Of a DNA stretch of 64,000 nt, positions 23,430 through 33,075 are shown in pieces. The position numbers and the translations under genes are program-made. The notes under the pieces were generated by a model that was not told the origin of the DNA, ran no database searches, and saw nothing but the letters and a program-made list of their open reading frames with translations. The DNA comes from Flectonema sp. DT1601 (taxonomy: Eukaryota): positions 310,001-374,000 of the forward strand of contig OZ025780.1 of assembly GCA_964019425.1 (NCBI GenBank), given 5' to 3'. Numbering within the stretch: position 1 is the first letter of the stretch; the number at the start of each line of letters is the position of its first letter.

Positions 23430-24638
23430 TTAATGTCTTCTGTCGAACATCTCTCGTTGAGGAGACTCTCGAACTCCAACCTGACGAATAACAGCGACCA
23501 TCGCTGGGGGATGAATGACAATAGTGTTGTCAACAGTCTGAAGGAGGAATCCCGATTCAATCATTTCATAAAACTTTTTATTTAAATCTTCACATGAAGT
23601 CGGAATATCAATAACATCAACTGAACCACAGTCAATAACTTTTTTTAATAAATCCCAAACCTCACAATGTCTATTATTATTATGAAGATCATGAGAATGA
23701 AGCAACGCTGATCCAGCCCCCCACATCATTCTCTCAATGGAATCCGTTGACATCCCACTTTCAAGTCCTTTCAGTGTTATAGACATTGCTGAAGGCATTC
23801 CAGACACACATGTCTCATAAAAAGAATAACCAACTCCAAGAGCATCAGCAGCTGCTGTGTTGTTCACCATCTGTGGTATCGAGTGAGCAGATTTCAATAA
23901 ATCAGGTCTGATGTTTACTAGAGCAGTGAATGTCTTTCCGTAAGGAATGACAACAACAACAGTCACACTTTTACATCGTTTCGACCAATCACAGATAGCT
24001 GCTATTGATTCTGGTGAAGAAATGTTATGGACGTCATCGAGCACAATGACAGGACGTTGTCTTCCTGTGTTGTTATAAAATAATTGAGAGATGTCATCAA
24101 ATTCTGATTCGAAGTCATCCCAACTTCCACAACAGTCATTCGGCAAGTTGAATTCAGAAGCGAGAAGCTGATGGATTTCAACACCTGGATTTCTTGGTAT
24201 AGAGATTGTAACATGAGGATTGGTGAGAGTCTTTAAGATTGTAGTGACCATGAAAGTCTTTCCAACACCACTATGTCCTGTTACAATGTGAATTGAATTG
24301 TTCTCTGTAAGAGAATCCAAGACTGCAATTCGACTATCCCGCCTTTGACTATCACAGAGCTGTTCAATAATTGGATTTGCGACAAGTGGTTGCGCAACAT
24401 CACCAAATCTCAACAACACTGATCTCGATTCCATTTCAAGACGACATCTCCTTCCGATCACAGCTCCGCATATCGCAATAATAGTATTCGATATTTCACT
24501 ACTCCGCTGTTGTTTTAATAGTTCAATAGCCATCTCTTCCTCCTGTTGTCTTCTTATCTTCATAGAATATGAATGACATGTCCCTGCTACTACCGCCACA
24601 CTTCCAATGCTGGTGGTTACTAATAATAAATTATTCAT
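23430..24638 (-). CDS. P-loop NTPase (AAA-like) with N-terminal hydrophobic segment; weak resemblance to kinetoplastid tuzin
   Basis: Walker A GHSGVGKT and Walker B VIVLDD; start at MNNLLLV (24638). Confidence 0.75.
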   Translation of the reverse strand: MNNLLLVTTSIGSVAVVAGTCHSYSMKIRRQQEEEMAIELLKQQRSSEISNTIIAICGAVIGRRCRLEMESRSVLLRFGDVAQPLVANPIIEQLCDSQRRDSRIAVLDSLTENNSIHIVTGHSGVGKTFMVTTILKTLTNPHVTISIPRNPGVEIHQLLASEFNLPNDCCGSWDDFESEFDDISQLFYNNTGRQRPVIVLDDVHNISSPESIAAICDWSKRCKSVTVVVVIPYGKTFTALVNIRPDLLKSAHSIPQMVNNTAAADALGVGYSFYETCVSGMPSAMSITLKGLESGMSTDSIERMMWGAGSALLHSHDLHNNNRHCEVWDLLKKVIDCGSVDVIDIPTSCEDLNKKFYEMIESGFLLQTVDNTIVIHPPAMVAVIRQVGVRESPQREMFDRRH

Positions 24639-24806
24639 GTTTCTCCACCCAACTATTAAGGGGTGAAAATTTGACAATGTAAAAAAAACAGTAACAATAT
24701 TAGGTAGTAAAACAAAATTAATATCAAGATCAAAGTACTCGACCGAAAAAAGAAAATATTTGTAGTTGTTAATCAAGGAAAAGGTACGCTGTTGTTTTAT
24801 TAATCG

Positions 24807-24885
24807 CCATCTCTTCCTCCTGTTGTCTTCTTATCTTCATGGAATACGAATGCCACATTCATGTTTTCTAAACCCAACTATTAGT
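24807..24885 (-). pseudogene. Internally deleted duplicate of the 5' end of the adjacent P-loop gene
   Basis: gccatctcttcctcctgttgtcttcttatcttcat is identical to 24529-24563 and is followed by a copy of the start-codon region (attcatgttt...cccaactatt). Confidence 0.8.
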
Positions 24886-25032
24886 AAGGAGAAAATAATA
24901 AATTATGAAATGTTCTCTTCTGTATAAAAGTGTTACTTAAACTCGTTCGCATTATTTTTTTTTTTTTTTTTGTGTAGTGATTTTTTTTTACCACCTTTTA
25001 GGTACTAAAATTGGTGATAGGTGAAAGGGGAG

Positions 25033-25065
<33 letters not shown>

Positions 25066-25205
25066 TACTAGTTTGTTTTAAAAAAAAAAAAAAAAAATAA
25101 CTAACTAACAAAACTGAAAACAACAAAAAATTAAAAACTCACCGACAAAGATACAATAATCTAAAGGTGAAGAAGAGGTCTCTTTTTTTAAAAAAGAGGC
25201 GTCTC

Positions 25206-28200
25206 TTAAGTTGAGTGTCTCACTGAAGTCAATCCAGCTAAATCTGATACAACGATAGAAGGTGAGACTGAACGAGAACGAGAAGTTCCTGGACGAGGTG
25301 TCGATAATTTTCGAGGCTGTGGACGACTCGTGGCTGATGTAACCAACGAGAAAGTAGTGAGAGGAGTGGGAGACACAGAATCACTATCCTCCGTTGGAGT
25401 ATTGGCTGATCGACCTCTCGAATCTTTCAACTCGGTCACTACTCGCGTCAGGTTTTCTGTTCGTTGTTTCCGTTTGTCAGATGCAATTTTCTCCTCCAGT
25501 TTTCTTATTTGATTCTTTTTATCATCTTCACAACATTGTAAATGCTGAATCTGTCTTTCCAACTCTCTGTTTTCTGTTTTTAATGTTTCCATCTCCGCCT
25601 TAACACTCTGATCAAACACAACTTTGTCAATCTCTTTTTGTTTTATTACAGAACGAAGTCTTTCGTTTTCCTGATTAACACTTGAGAGTAGTCCTTTTTG
25701 TTTTCTGATCTCAGTTGTGTTGTGTTGATTAGTTGTGTTATGGTTTTGGTTCATTTCTTCGATCTCATTTTTCAAAACAACTTCACCAGATGTCAGTTCC
25801 TTAATCCGAGCTTCCAGTATTGTTTCTTTACTCAATAACTCTGATACTCTATTGCGAAGGTCGTTGTTTTGTGATTGTGTTGTTGACAAGTTTCCAGATA
25901 CCGTTTCAAGTTGATTTTTTAACCCTTCCAACTGTGAGTTGTGAAGTTTAACTAATTCGCTGTCTCTATTGCCAGTCAGTTGAACTTGTTCTTCGAAATT
26001 AGAAAGTTGAATTGTGAGTACTTCACACTTGGTATGAATATTTCGTAGTTCATCATTTTTAACGTTTAGCTCAGATCGTGCGATGTCTAAGTCAGCAGAT
26101 ATTTCTAATTGGGAATCAGCTTCACACTTTAATGAAACAGCCTGTAGTTGGAGGTCCTCAATCTTTGTTTGCAAATGTCGGATCTTATTTTGATCTTCTT
26201 CCCGTTGACGTTCCAATCTTTTTTGAGCATTTTCAGCCGCGTCCTTAAAGAGGTTCATATCCGTAACATAACTAGCAGTGTTTGATTGTTCTTCTCTGTG
26301 TAGTTTCTTAATGCTACTCATCGCCGTTTCAAACTGTTTCGTACTGGTAGTGATGTGCTCTTGAAGAGCATCAGCTGTTGCCTTATGAGAAGCACAGTCT
26401 CTTGATAAGGCTGCTCGTTCAGTCATTGTAACATCATACTTTGACTGTTGAGTTGATAAGCTTTCACGAAGTGATGTAATTTCTCCTTTGAGCACTACTC
26501 GTTCAGTCTCTAAAGCGGATTCAAGTCCAGCTTTCTTGGTAGTCATGTCAGCCAATTCCTGTCTCAGTTGAACTACATCATCTCGTCTTTTATTATTCAC
26601 ATTTTCAGTTTCAGTTTGAAGGCAGTTCAATTCCTTTAACAATCTGTCTTTCTCACGTTCAAGGGATTGTTTTATCGATTCGAAATGGATTTTTTCAGCT
26701 TCCAGTTGAGCCACCTTCGTCAAGGCTTCGGATCGGGAAGTTGTTGCGACTGTAATCTGTTCTCTCAGGGACTCAACTCCTTCTATTTTAGTCTGTTTTT
26801 CGTTACTAATTTCAGTTCTCAGACCAGCAGCAGCGTACTCGAGTTGTTTGTTGTTGTCTTGAGAAGTTTCAAGTCGGATCTTAAGTGTGGTAACTTCATT
26901 TCTGCTGTCGCTCAGTTTTGTTGCGGAAAGCTCCATCTCTGACTGGAGTTTTGAGACATCAGTTGTCAGTGACGAACAGAGAACTTCATATTTCTGTCTT
27001 TCAGAATTAGCTGCTTCTCTCGCTATGATCGCAGCTGTTTCGCTTGCCTTTGAAGATGCGACTGCTGTAGTCAGCTCTCGTACTCTACTCGACTCAGATT
27101 CAAGTTTCTTATCGAGGTGTTGTTCTACTTCATTTTTTGATGTCCTTTCAGCTCGTCTCGAAGACTCCGCTTCGTCTAATTTTTCAGACACATCACCAAA
27201 TTGTTTTTTTAATGAAATCACAAGATCATCAAGTTCAATCCTCGCAGCCTCACTCGCTAGCAGAGATCCGTTCAGGTCTTCCATCTTACTCATAGTGTCA
27301 GTGTGTTCAGATTCGAGATTTTTTAGTTTATTTGTTTTTTGTGCTAATTTTACTTCTAAAGAAGCTTTCTCAGACGTGAGCCGACTTACTATTTCTGTAG
27401 TCGGAAGTTGGTCTTTTATATGTTTTAGTTCTTGTGCGATGCAGTCAGGAATGTCAACTGTTGCTTTTGGTTGTAAATTTCCATCTTGTATCGCCGAGAG
27501 GACTTTTTGTAGTTGATTTTCACTTTGCTGTTGAGCTTTTAGTGTTTGTTCAATTTTTGTTTGTTGTACTATTTTTGATTCTAATTCTTTTACTGTTGTT
27601 GTTAGAATTGAGTTGGTGGCTGACAGCTGAGCGATAGTAGAGACAGATCTGGGTGACTGAACAGTGCTACCAACAGGACTGTTGCTATTTATATCATCTG
27701 TGGGAATGTTATGCTCGTTGAGAGAAGCTCTTAGTGTGTTTGTTATCGAGTTTAATGATTTTATCTTTCTAATGTGAAGATCACTGTTGTGAATTTCTCT
27801 GTTCATGGCAGCTAAGTGCTCAGTTCTCTCCGATGATAATTTCCCTTCCAATTCTGAATAACGACTTCGAATCTGCTCTGCATGTTGCTGCCATCGGCTG
27901 GCATCTTCACTTGATTTCCCTAAACACTCTGAAAGTATACTTTGGTTCATCGCAGTGCTATTTATTCTAACGGCTTCTTCACGTAGGCGTTCTCCTTCAC
28001 TTTTCATTCTTGCTACGACATCTTCGAGGTATGTATAATCTTTTATACATTCTTGTTGTTTTATTTTATCACACAACATCATGTGGACTGCAGCACAATT
28101 AGGTAAACACCAATCTTCAAGCATTGAAACTAATACGTGCCATTGCTCTGGTCCTTTCGCTTGAGACTTATAATTTGATAGCAGCTGCAACAACTGTGAA

Positions 28201-29147
28201 TTCCAATCTTCCCACGAGTTGTATGAACAGGTAGCTGTCTGTGAATCAATTGGAATACAAAGAGTCTCAATGAGAGAAACACAATGCCGTTTTGATGATT
28301 TTCTTTGCTTTCCTTTATGCTGTAAAGCTTCAACGCTTATTGCTCTTCTTAAGGCAGAGTGATGTGATTGTTCTAGAGTCTTGCAAGTTAGATATTTGAA
28401 TGCTTTTTCTTCAGAGTCGGCATCCATGGTGCTTTTATAAAGTTGTAAAGCAGCCTGAACCGGTGAAGAATAACATGAATAACCTCCCTCATTAACGATA
28501 TCTCTCCCTAATAGTGACGACACTATTTGATTCACATCTTGAATTCCATTGCGAACTCTTAGTCGAAGTCTTATCTCTGATACGATATCAGGTGTGACAC
28601 AGAAAACAGTACTAAAAAGAGAATGTAATATTTGTCTATTTGATTGTAATAAAGACTTTAGTTCTAACTGAACAGTTCCAGATTCACATACAAACATCAA
28701 TTGAGGTTTTGACACATCCTTTACAATAGAACTACCAGCAGCTGACGATATCCATTTTAATGTTGAGGCAGGAGAGGTGCTGATTCCAATCACAACAGCA
28801 CTCGACATCTCCATTAGAATTTTAAACAGAGTTTGAGTCGATGATTGCAATGTGTTGTTTATAATACCTCTCGTATCCAGTATTGATATTTTAAACTCTT
28901 CGTTGTATTTATTAAAAGTCGTATTATCACTGACACAACAAGCAACACTGGACTTCCCTGATTCAACCCAACAGGGAACATCATTCACAGAGAGTAGTTC
29001 GTTTATTATTATTCTTCTAGTTTTTATTGATCCTCCAAAGACTGAAACTGCTGCCATGTTGTGCTGAACTTTCGTTAAGTCTTCTAGACCTCCACCAACG
29101 CGGATGCCTCCGTCTCCGATGTCAGACATTAGATTTTTGAACCTCAT
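25206..29147 (-). CDS. Long coiled-coil protein with a degenerate guanylate-binding-protein-like N-terminal region
   Basis: AVSVFGG...ISILDTRG resembles GBP G1/G3 (LDTEG); YKSQAKGPEQW resembles the GBP helical-domain Y...KGP motif; ~850 aa of heptad-rich sequence follows. Start is 29147 or 29129. Confidence 0.65.
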   Translation of the reverse strand: MRFKNLMSDIGDGGIRVGGGLEDLTKVQHNMAAVSVFGGSIKTRRIIINELLSVNDVPCWVESGKSSVACCVSDNTTFNKYNEEFKISILDTRGIINNTLQSSTQTLFKILMEMSSAVVIGISTSPASTLKWISSAAGSSIVKDVSKPQLMFVCESGTVQLELKSLLQSNRQILHSLFSTVFCVTPDIVSEIRLRLRVRNGIQDVNQIVSSLLGRDIVNEGGYSCYSSPVQAALQLYKSTMDADSEEKAFKYLTCKTLEQSHHSALRRAISVEALQHKGKQRKSSKRHCVSLIETLCIPIDSQTATCSYNSWEDWNSQLLQLLSNYKSQAKGPEQWHVLVSMLEDWCLPNCAAVHMMLCDKIKQQECIKDYTYLEDVVARMKSEGERLREEAVRINSTAMNQSILSECLGKSSEDASRWQQHAEQIRSRYSELEGKLSSERTEHLAAMNREIHNSDLHIRKIKSLNSITNTLRASLNEHNIPTDDINSNSPVGSTVQSPRSVSTIAQLSATNSILTTTVKELESKIVQQTKIEQTLKAQQQSENQLQKVLSAIQDGNLQPKATVDIPDCIAQELKHIKDQLPTTEIVSRLTSEKASLEVKLAQKTNKLKNLESEHTDTMSKMEDLNGSLLASEAARIELDDLVISLKKQFGDVSEKLDEAESSRRAERTSKNEVEQHLDKKLESESSRVRELTTAVASSKASETAAIIAREAANSERQKYEVLCSSLTTDVSKLQSEMELSATKLSDSRNEVTTLKIRLETSQDNNKQLEYAAAGLRTEISNEKQTKIEGVESLREQITVATTSRSEALTKVAQLEAEKIHFESIKQSLEREKDRLLKELNCLQTETENVNNKRRDDVVQLRQELADMTTKKAGLESALETERVVLKGEITSLRESLSTQQSKYDVTMTERAALSRDCASHKATADALQEHITTSTKQFETAMSSIKKLHREEQSNTASYVTDMNLFKDAAENAQKRLERQREEDQNKIRHLQTKIEDLQLQAVSLKCEADSQLEISADLDIARSELNVKNDELRNIHTKCEVLTIQLSNFEEQVQLTGNRDSELVKLHNSQLEGLKNQLETVSGNLSTTQSQNNDLRNRVSELLSKETILEARIKELTSGEVVLKNEIEEMNQNHNTTNQHNTTEIRKQKGLLSSVNQENERLRSVIKQKEIDKVVFDQSVKAEMETLKTENRELERQIQHLQCCEDDKKNQIRKLEEKIASDKRKQRTENLTRVVTELKDSRGRSANTPTEDSDSVSPTPLTTFSLVTSATSRPQPRKLSTPRPGTSRSRSVSPSIVVSDLAGLTSVRHST

Positions 29148-29670
29148 TATTATTTTATACCAACTTCCTGAGAAAATGAGGATAGTTGAGAATGGGGGGT
29201 GTGTGTGTGTGTTGACGTGAGTTTTTTTTTTTTTTTTTAGAAAAAAATGAAATTTTTCTTTTTTGCTAAAGAAAGCTACCACCCAAAAATTGAAACCCTC
29301 TTTTTTGTAAAAAATTATCATCCTTTCTGCCCAAGTGAAGTGAAACAGTTGACTCTTGTGGACGTGTTAGTAACCACCAGTACTCAATTCAATTTTCTTG
29401 TTGGTTTTTGATTAGAAAAAATAAGACATTGACAGCATGATGGCAAAAAAGAAAACTACGCAGTACGAACAAAGAAAAAAAAAAAAAAAAAAAAAAAAAA
29501 AACGAGATGAAGCTAAAAAAAAGAAAATAAGGCAAGAAACAAAAGAAAAAAGAAACGGAAAAAAAAAAAAATAAAGTAAGCAAAAATTAAAAAAAAAAAA
29601 AAAAAAACCTAATAAAATGAAACTAGCTGAAACCAACATAACGGGGGGTTAGGGCAACCAGATTACCAAA

Positions 29671-31009
29671 CTACTGCTGTCCGTTAAATAATTTAGAGAA
29701 GGAAGCAATCGCCTCAACAATCTCTGGATCATCCATGTACTTCATAATAGCTGAGGTTCCGTTTTTCTTCAAATCTTCAGAAAGAGCCATGAATTTAGAG
29801 TTGTCCTTTGCTGCAAGCTCAGTGTGTAAGTTATCAAGAGCATCCTTGTCAATGGTTCCAAAAGGTGTTGCGATTTGACCCTCTGGTGCTTCTGTTGTTG
29901 TTTTTTAAAGTATTTTATGAGCTTGTTTTACTCAAACACACTACAGTGATACGAATCACAAGCTAAAGAAAAGGAACATTCCATTAACTCTGACAAGAAG
30001 TGTTTTAGTACAAAAAAAACAAAGTGAACGCATACCTCCAGACATAGCTCCCATTCCTCCCTGTCCCCACATTTCAGCCATCTTGGAAATGCCTTCCTCG
30101 TTCATGTTCTTGGACATGTTTTCAACAATTTGTCCGAATTGCGGGTTCTGCATAAAACGGGTAGCCATCTGCTGAACCTGCGGGTTGGCTAAGAGACCAC
30201 CAAGTCCTCCCATACCATCAAACATTGCTGGTGGCTGGGAAGCTTTCTCTTCTGCGGTGACGAGATCCTGTTTGTAGGACTCGTTTTCTGGTTCCAATTC
30301 GAGAGCCTTTTTGAATGCAGCGACAGCTGATGGGTAGTTGTTTTTGTAGAAGTGTGCTGTTCCCATTCTTGAGTAGGCCTTGCTGTAGTCAGGGTTAAGC
30401 TGAGTAGACTTCTCACAGTCACGAACAGCCTCAGCAAACTGGTTTAAGTGAGTGTAAGCTGCGGCTCTGTTGCAGTAGTAGACAGCGTTATCTGGGGTGA
30501 GTTCGATTGCCTTCGAGTAGAAACCAACAGCAGGTTTGTACTGTCCCTTTGACATCAATTCGTTACCCTTGGCCTTCAGCTGATCAGGAGTGAGACCTTC
30601 ATATGGGTTAGATCTGGCAATAAACTTACCTCTTGCCTTCTCCATTCTTCCTACGTATTCTTCGGTTCCTTCTTCACAACCCTTAAAGTATCCCTTACCG
30701 GTTAAGACTCCTAAGAATTCCTTCCACTTTTCTTCATCGAATTCATCGGATTTCTTACCGCAAAGAGCGAGTAAGTCGATCTCACTGGTTTCGTCTGTGA
30801 TACCGTAGGCAGTCTTTAACATTGACTGGGCTACTTCTAGGGACTCTGGTTCCATCTTCCTGTTGTTGGTGTTGTTGTTGACATGTTGCGTGAGACTTAA
30901 TTATATTCGAAGACAGACAGTAGACAAAAAAATAATCATACCCTGAACTTTGCAAAAATTGCAAGAAGGCAACAACGACCTCCTTCTCATCGACGGACGG
31001 GTCAGTCAT
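29671..31009 (-). CDS. SGT: Small glutamine-rich TPR co-chaperone (SGT/Sgt2); exons 31009-30942, 30859-30036, 29891-29671; 370 aa
   Basis: N-terminal dimerisation helix (VVVAFLQFL..ESLEVA), three TPRs (KAKGNELM, YYCNRAAAY, KAYSRMG) and an STI1-like NP/Q/M tail. Two GT-AG introns (82 and 144 nt) splice in frame. Confidence 0.92.
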
Positions 31010-31379
31010 TTCGTTTTTTTTTTTTTTTTTTTTTGATAAGCACCTATTGAAAAAGATGATAATTTCAAAGTATTTATGCAACAGAACCTCCTTTCAAAGA
31101 GTTGTCTTGCGAGACAATTAGATCGTCTTCTTTAAACCCTGTTTGAAATAAATAATTACTACCAACAATAAAAAAATAAAATGATAACAGGCAAGAATTA
31201 TCAATCAAACGGGAAGGACGCATTGCTTTGCACACGGATAACAGATGTCGTGCAACAGGAGAGCGTTTTTTTTTATATTTTTATTATTATTTTTTCTTTC
31301 TCCCATTTTTTTTTTTTTTTTTTTTTTTTTTTCCCCCCTTTTTTTGAATATAGCGATACGGAATAGATAATAATTAAAT

Positions 31380-31630
31380 TAGATGGAGTGACCTGGAGTC
31401 TCGGGTTCGAACCCCGTGACACCCTTTTTTCTCTTTTTCGAAAGACTGCCAAACATGTCAAAAAAAATTTTTTTGGCTTCTGCGTCAAAATACTTGTGCG
31501 TCAGTGTAAGTCCCCGTCAATTTAGCTGTCTTATAGTAATAAAAAGGAAAAAAAAAAGCGCCCTCCAAAATAATATTTATATTAAAAGCGCCCTACAAGC
31601 GCCCTCCAAATTGTAGGGCACTTCCATCTA
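31380..31630. mobile_element. Small non-autonomous TIR element (MITE, hAT-like) containing a tRNA B-box segment
   Basis: Ends TAGATGGAGTGACCT and AGGGCACTTCCATCTA are inverted (14 of 16 aligned columns); three AAGCGCCCT(C/A)CAA subterminal repeats; flanks taattaaat/tgattaat resemble a decayed 8-bp TSD. Confidence 0.55.
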
Positions 31631-31767
31631 TGATTAATAATAAAAAAAAAAAATGTTTCCTCTGTATTAAAAGAGATCTTGAAAACCTCTGATTAAAAAA
31701 AAAAAATATGAAATAGAAATAACATTACAGATAGGGAAGTTAGTTTTAGATATTCCGTCATAGTGAC

Positions 31768-32697
31768 TCATTCAGATCGAGAAACAGAAATTGGAGAACT
31801 TGCTCTTTGACGAGATGATGCGAGTCGGAGTCTTCCCGCCTGAGGGGTTGCTCCCCTCATTGCTTGGACTACAATAATTTGTATGAAACAAAGAATAACG
31901 ACTCCAATCATGAGGAGGGTGTTTGTGTTTATTGCTGCTTCATCTACGACCCGTCGGTTTTTAAAACTCGGAAGGAACTTTGACATTGAATCGCAATAGA
32001 AACTCGTATGCGTAGATGAGCATATCGAATGTGCTTTTGTATGAGTGTGACTTAGACAGTAGCGATTAAAGTGCGTACAATCACTCATGCATGCTCGTTG
32101 AGAGACTCCATCAGTACAAGGTTGCATGTAGTGATGGCAAAGATAACTCTTAACGAATGATTCACCGCAAGTCTGTTTTAAATTTCCTGATGAAAGTAAT
32201 TCTTCCATTTGAGACTTTGCCTCAAGCTCAGCAGTACAAGACAATGCTGTGTATCCTTCAAACATTGTACAGTATGATAGATTTGAGCATTTGTTTTCAC
32301 ATTTTCCGAATAGCCCTTGCCAGCAATTAGTACGAGGGAGACCCTCACAAGGTTCTAATGCCTGTGATGTAGTTCTGTTTTCGCAGGTTATCTTTGCTTG
32401 AACGCATGATTCTTGACAGACTGGTACAACCTTTCCATCATCGTTACAAGGGTCAATCTTTCTCGTACAGACGAATTGTTTGTATGCCGCAGCATTGCAT
32501 TTATCTCCTATTCTGGATTCCCATTTATCTTCAGCGTCTTCTTCTTCATCGTCACCTTCACAGTCTGCTGCAGGATGTCCAAGGAATCCTTTACAAAACC
32601 GAAGTCTTCTACAAGTCTTGCAATCCCTTGAGTCAGTGTTGTATTCTGTTAAGGCACTCGTTATAATAAATAATACCAGCAGGAGGAGGCAACGCAT
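31768..32697 (-). CDS. Type I membrane protein with two Frizzled-like cysteine-rich domains
   Basis: Signal peptide MRCLLLLVLFIITSA; CNAAAYKQFVC...PC...PVCQESC...C and CGESFVKSYLC...PC...ACMSDC...C; C-terminal TM LLMIGVVILCFIQIIVV. Confidence 0.7.
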   Translation of the reverse strand: MRCLLLLVLFIITSALTEYNTDSRDCKTCRRLRFCKGFLGHPAADCEGDDEEEDAEDKWESRIGDKCNAAAYKQFVCTRKIDPCNDDGKVVPVCQESCVQAKITCENRTTSQALEPCEGLPRTNCWQGLFGKCENKCSNLSYCTMFEGYTALSCTAELEAKSQMEELLSSGNLKQTCGESFVKSYLCHHYMQPCTDGVSQRACMSDCTHFNRYCLSHTHTKAHSICSSTHTSFYCDSMSKFLPSFKNRRVVDEAAINTNTLLMIGVVILCFIQIIVVQAMRGATPQAGRLRLASSRQRASSPISVSRSE

Positions 32698-33075
32698 TTT
32701 TTTTTTTTTAAAAATATATTTTAGTTGTTTGTCTCTCTCCACTAGCTCATTGTTGGTCTGTTTATAAGTATATTATAACTCAAGAAAAAATTACGTAAAA
32801 TATCCACTATTTTTTATAAAGGAAGAACAGAACAGGAAGTGTTTGAGAGGGTTTATTTGTTATTCTTTTTTCTTTTCTTTTTTTTTTTTTACTTCGATCA
32901 AAATTACTTTTTTTTTTTTTTTTTTTTTTTGTTAAAATATTATCACCACAACGACCATCTATTTAGCCTTCTGGGTGGTTGGCTCGCAGGTATTTCAGCT
33001 GCTCAGTTCTATCATTATTATTTCTTTTCTTTTCTTTTTTTTTAAATTCTACCATCACCGTATGTTAAAAAAATC

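Noticed and set aside
26667..27637. Plus-strand ORFs up to 209 aa (similar ones at 43898 and 55627)
   Set aside because: They are antisense shadows of long minus-strand genes.
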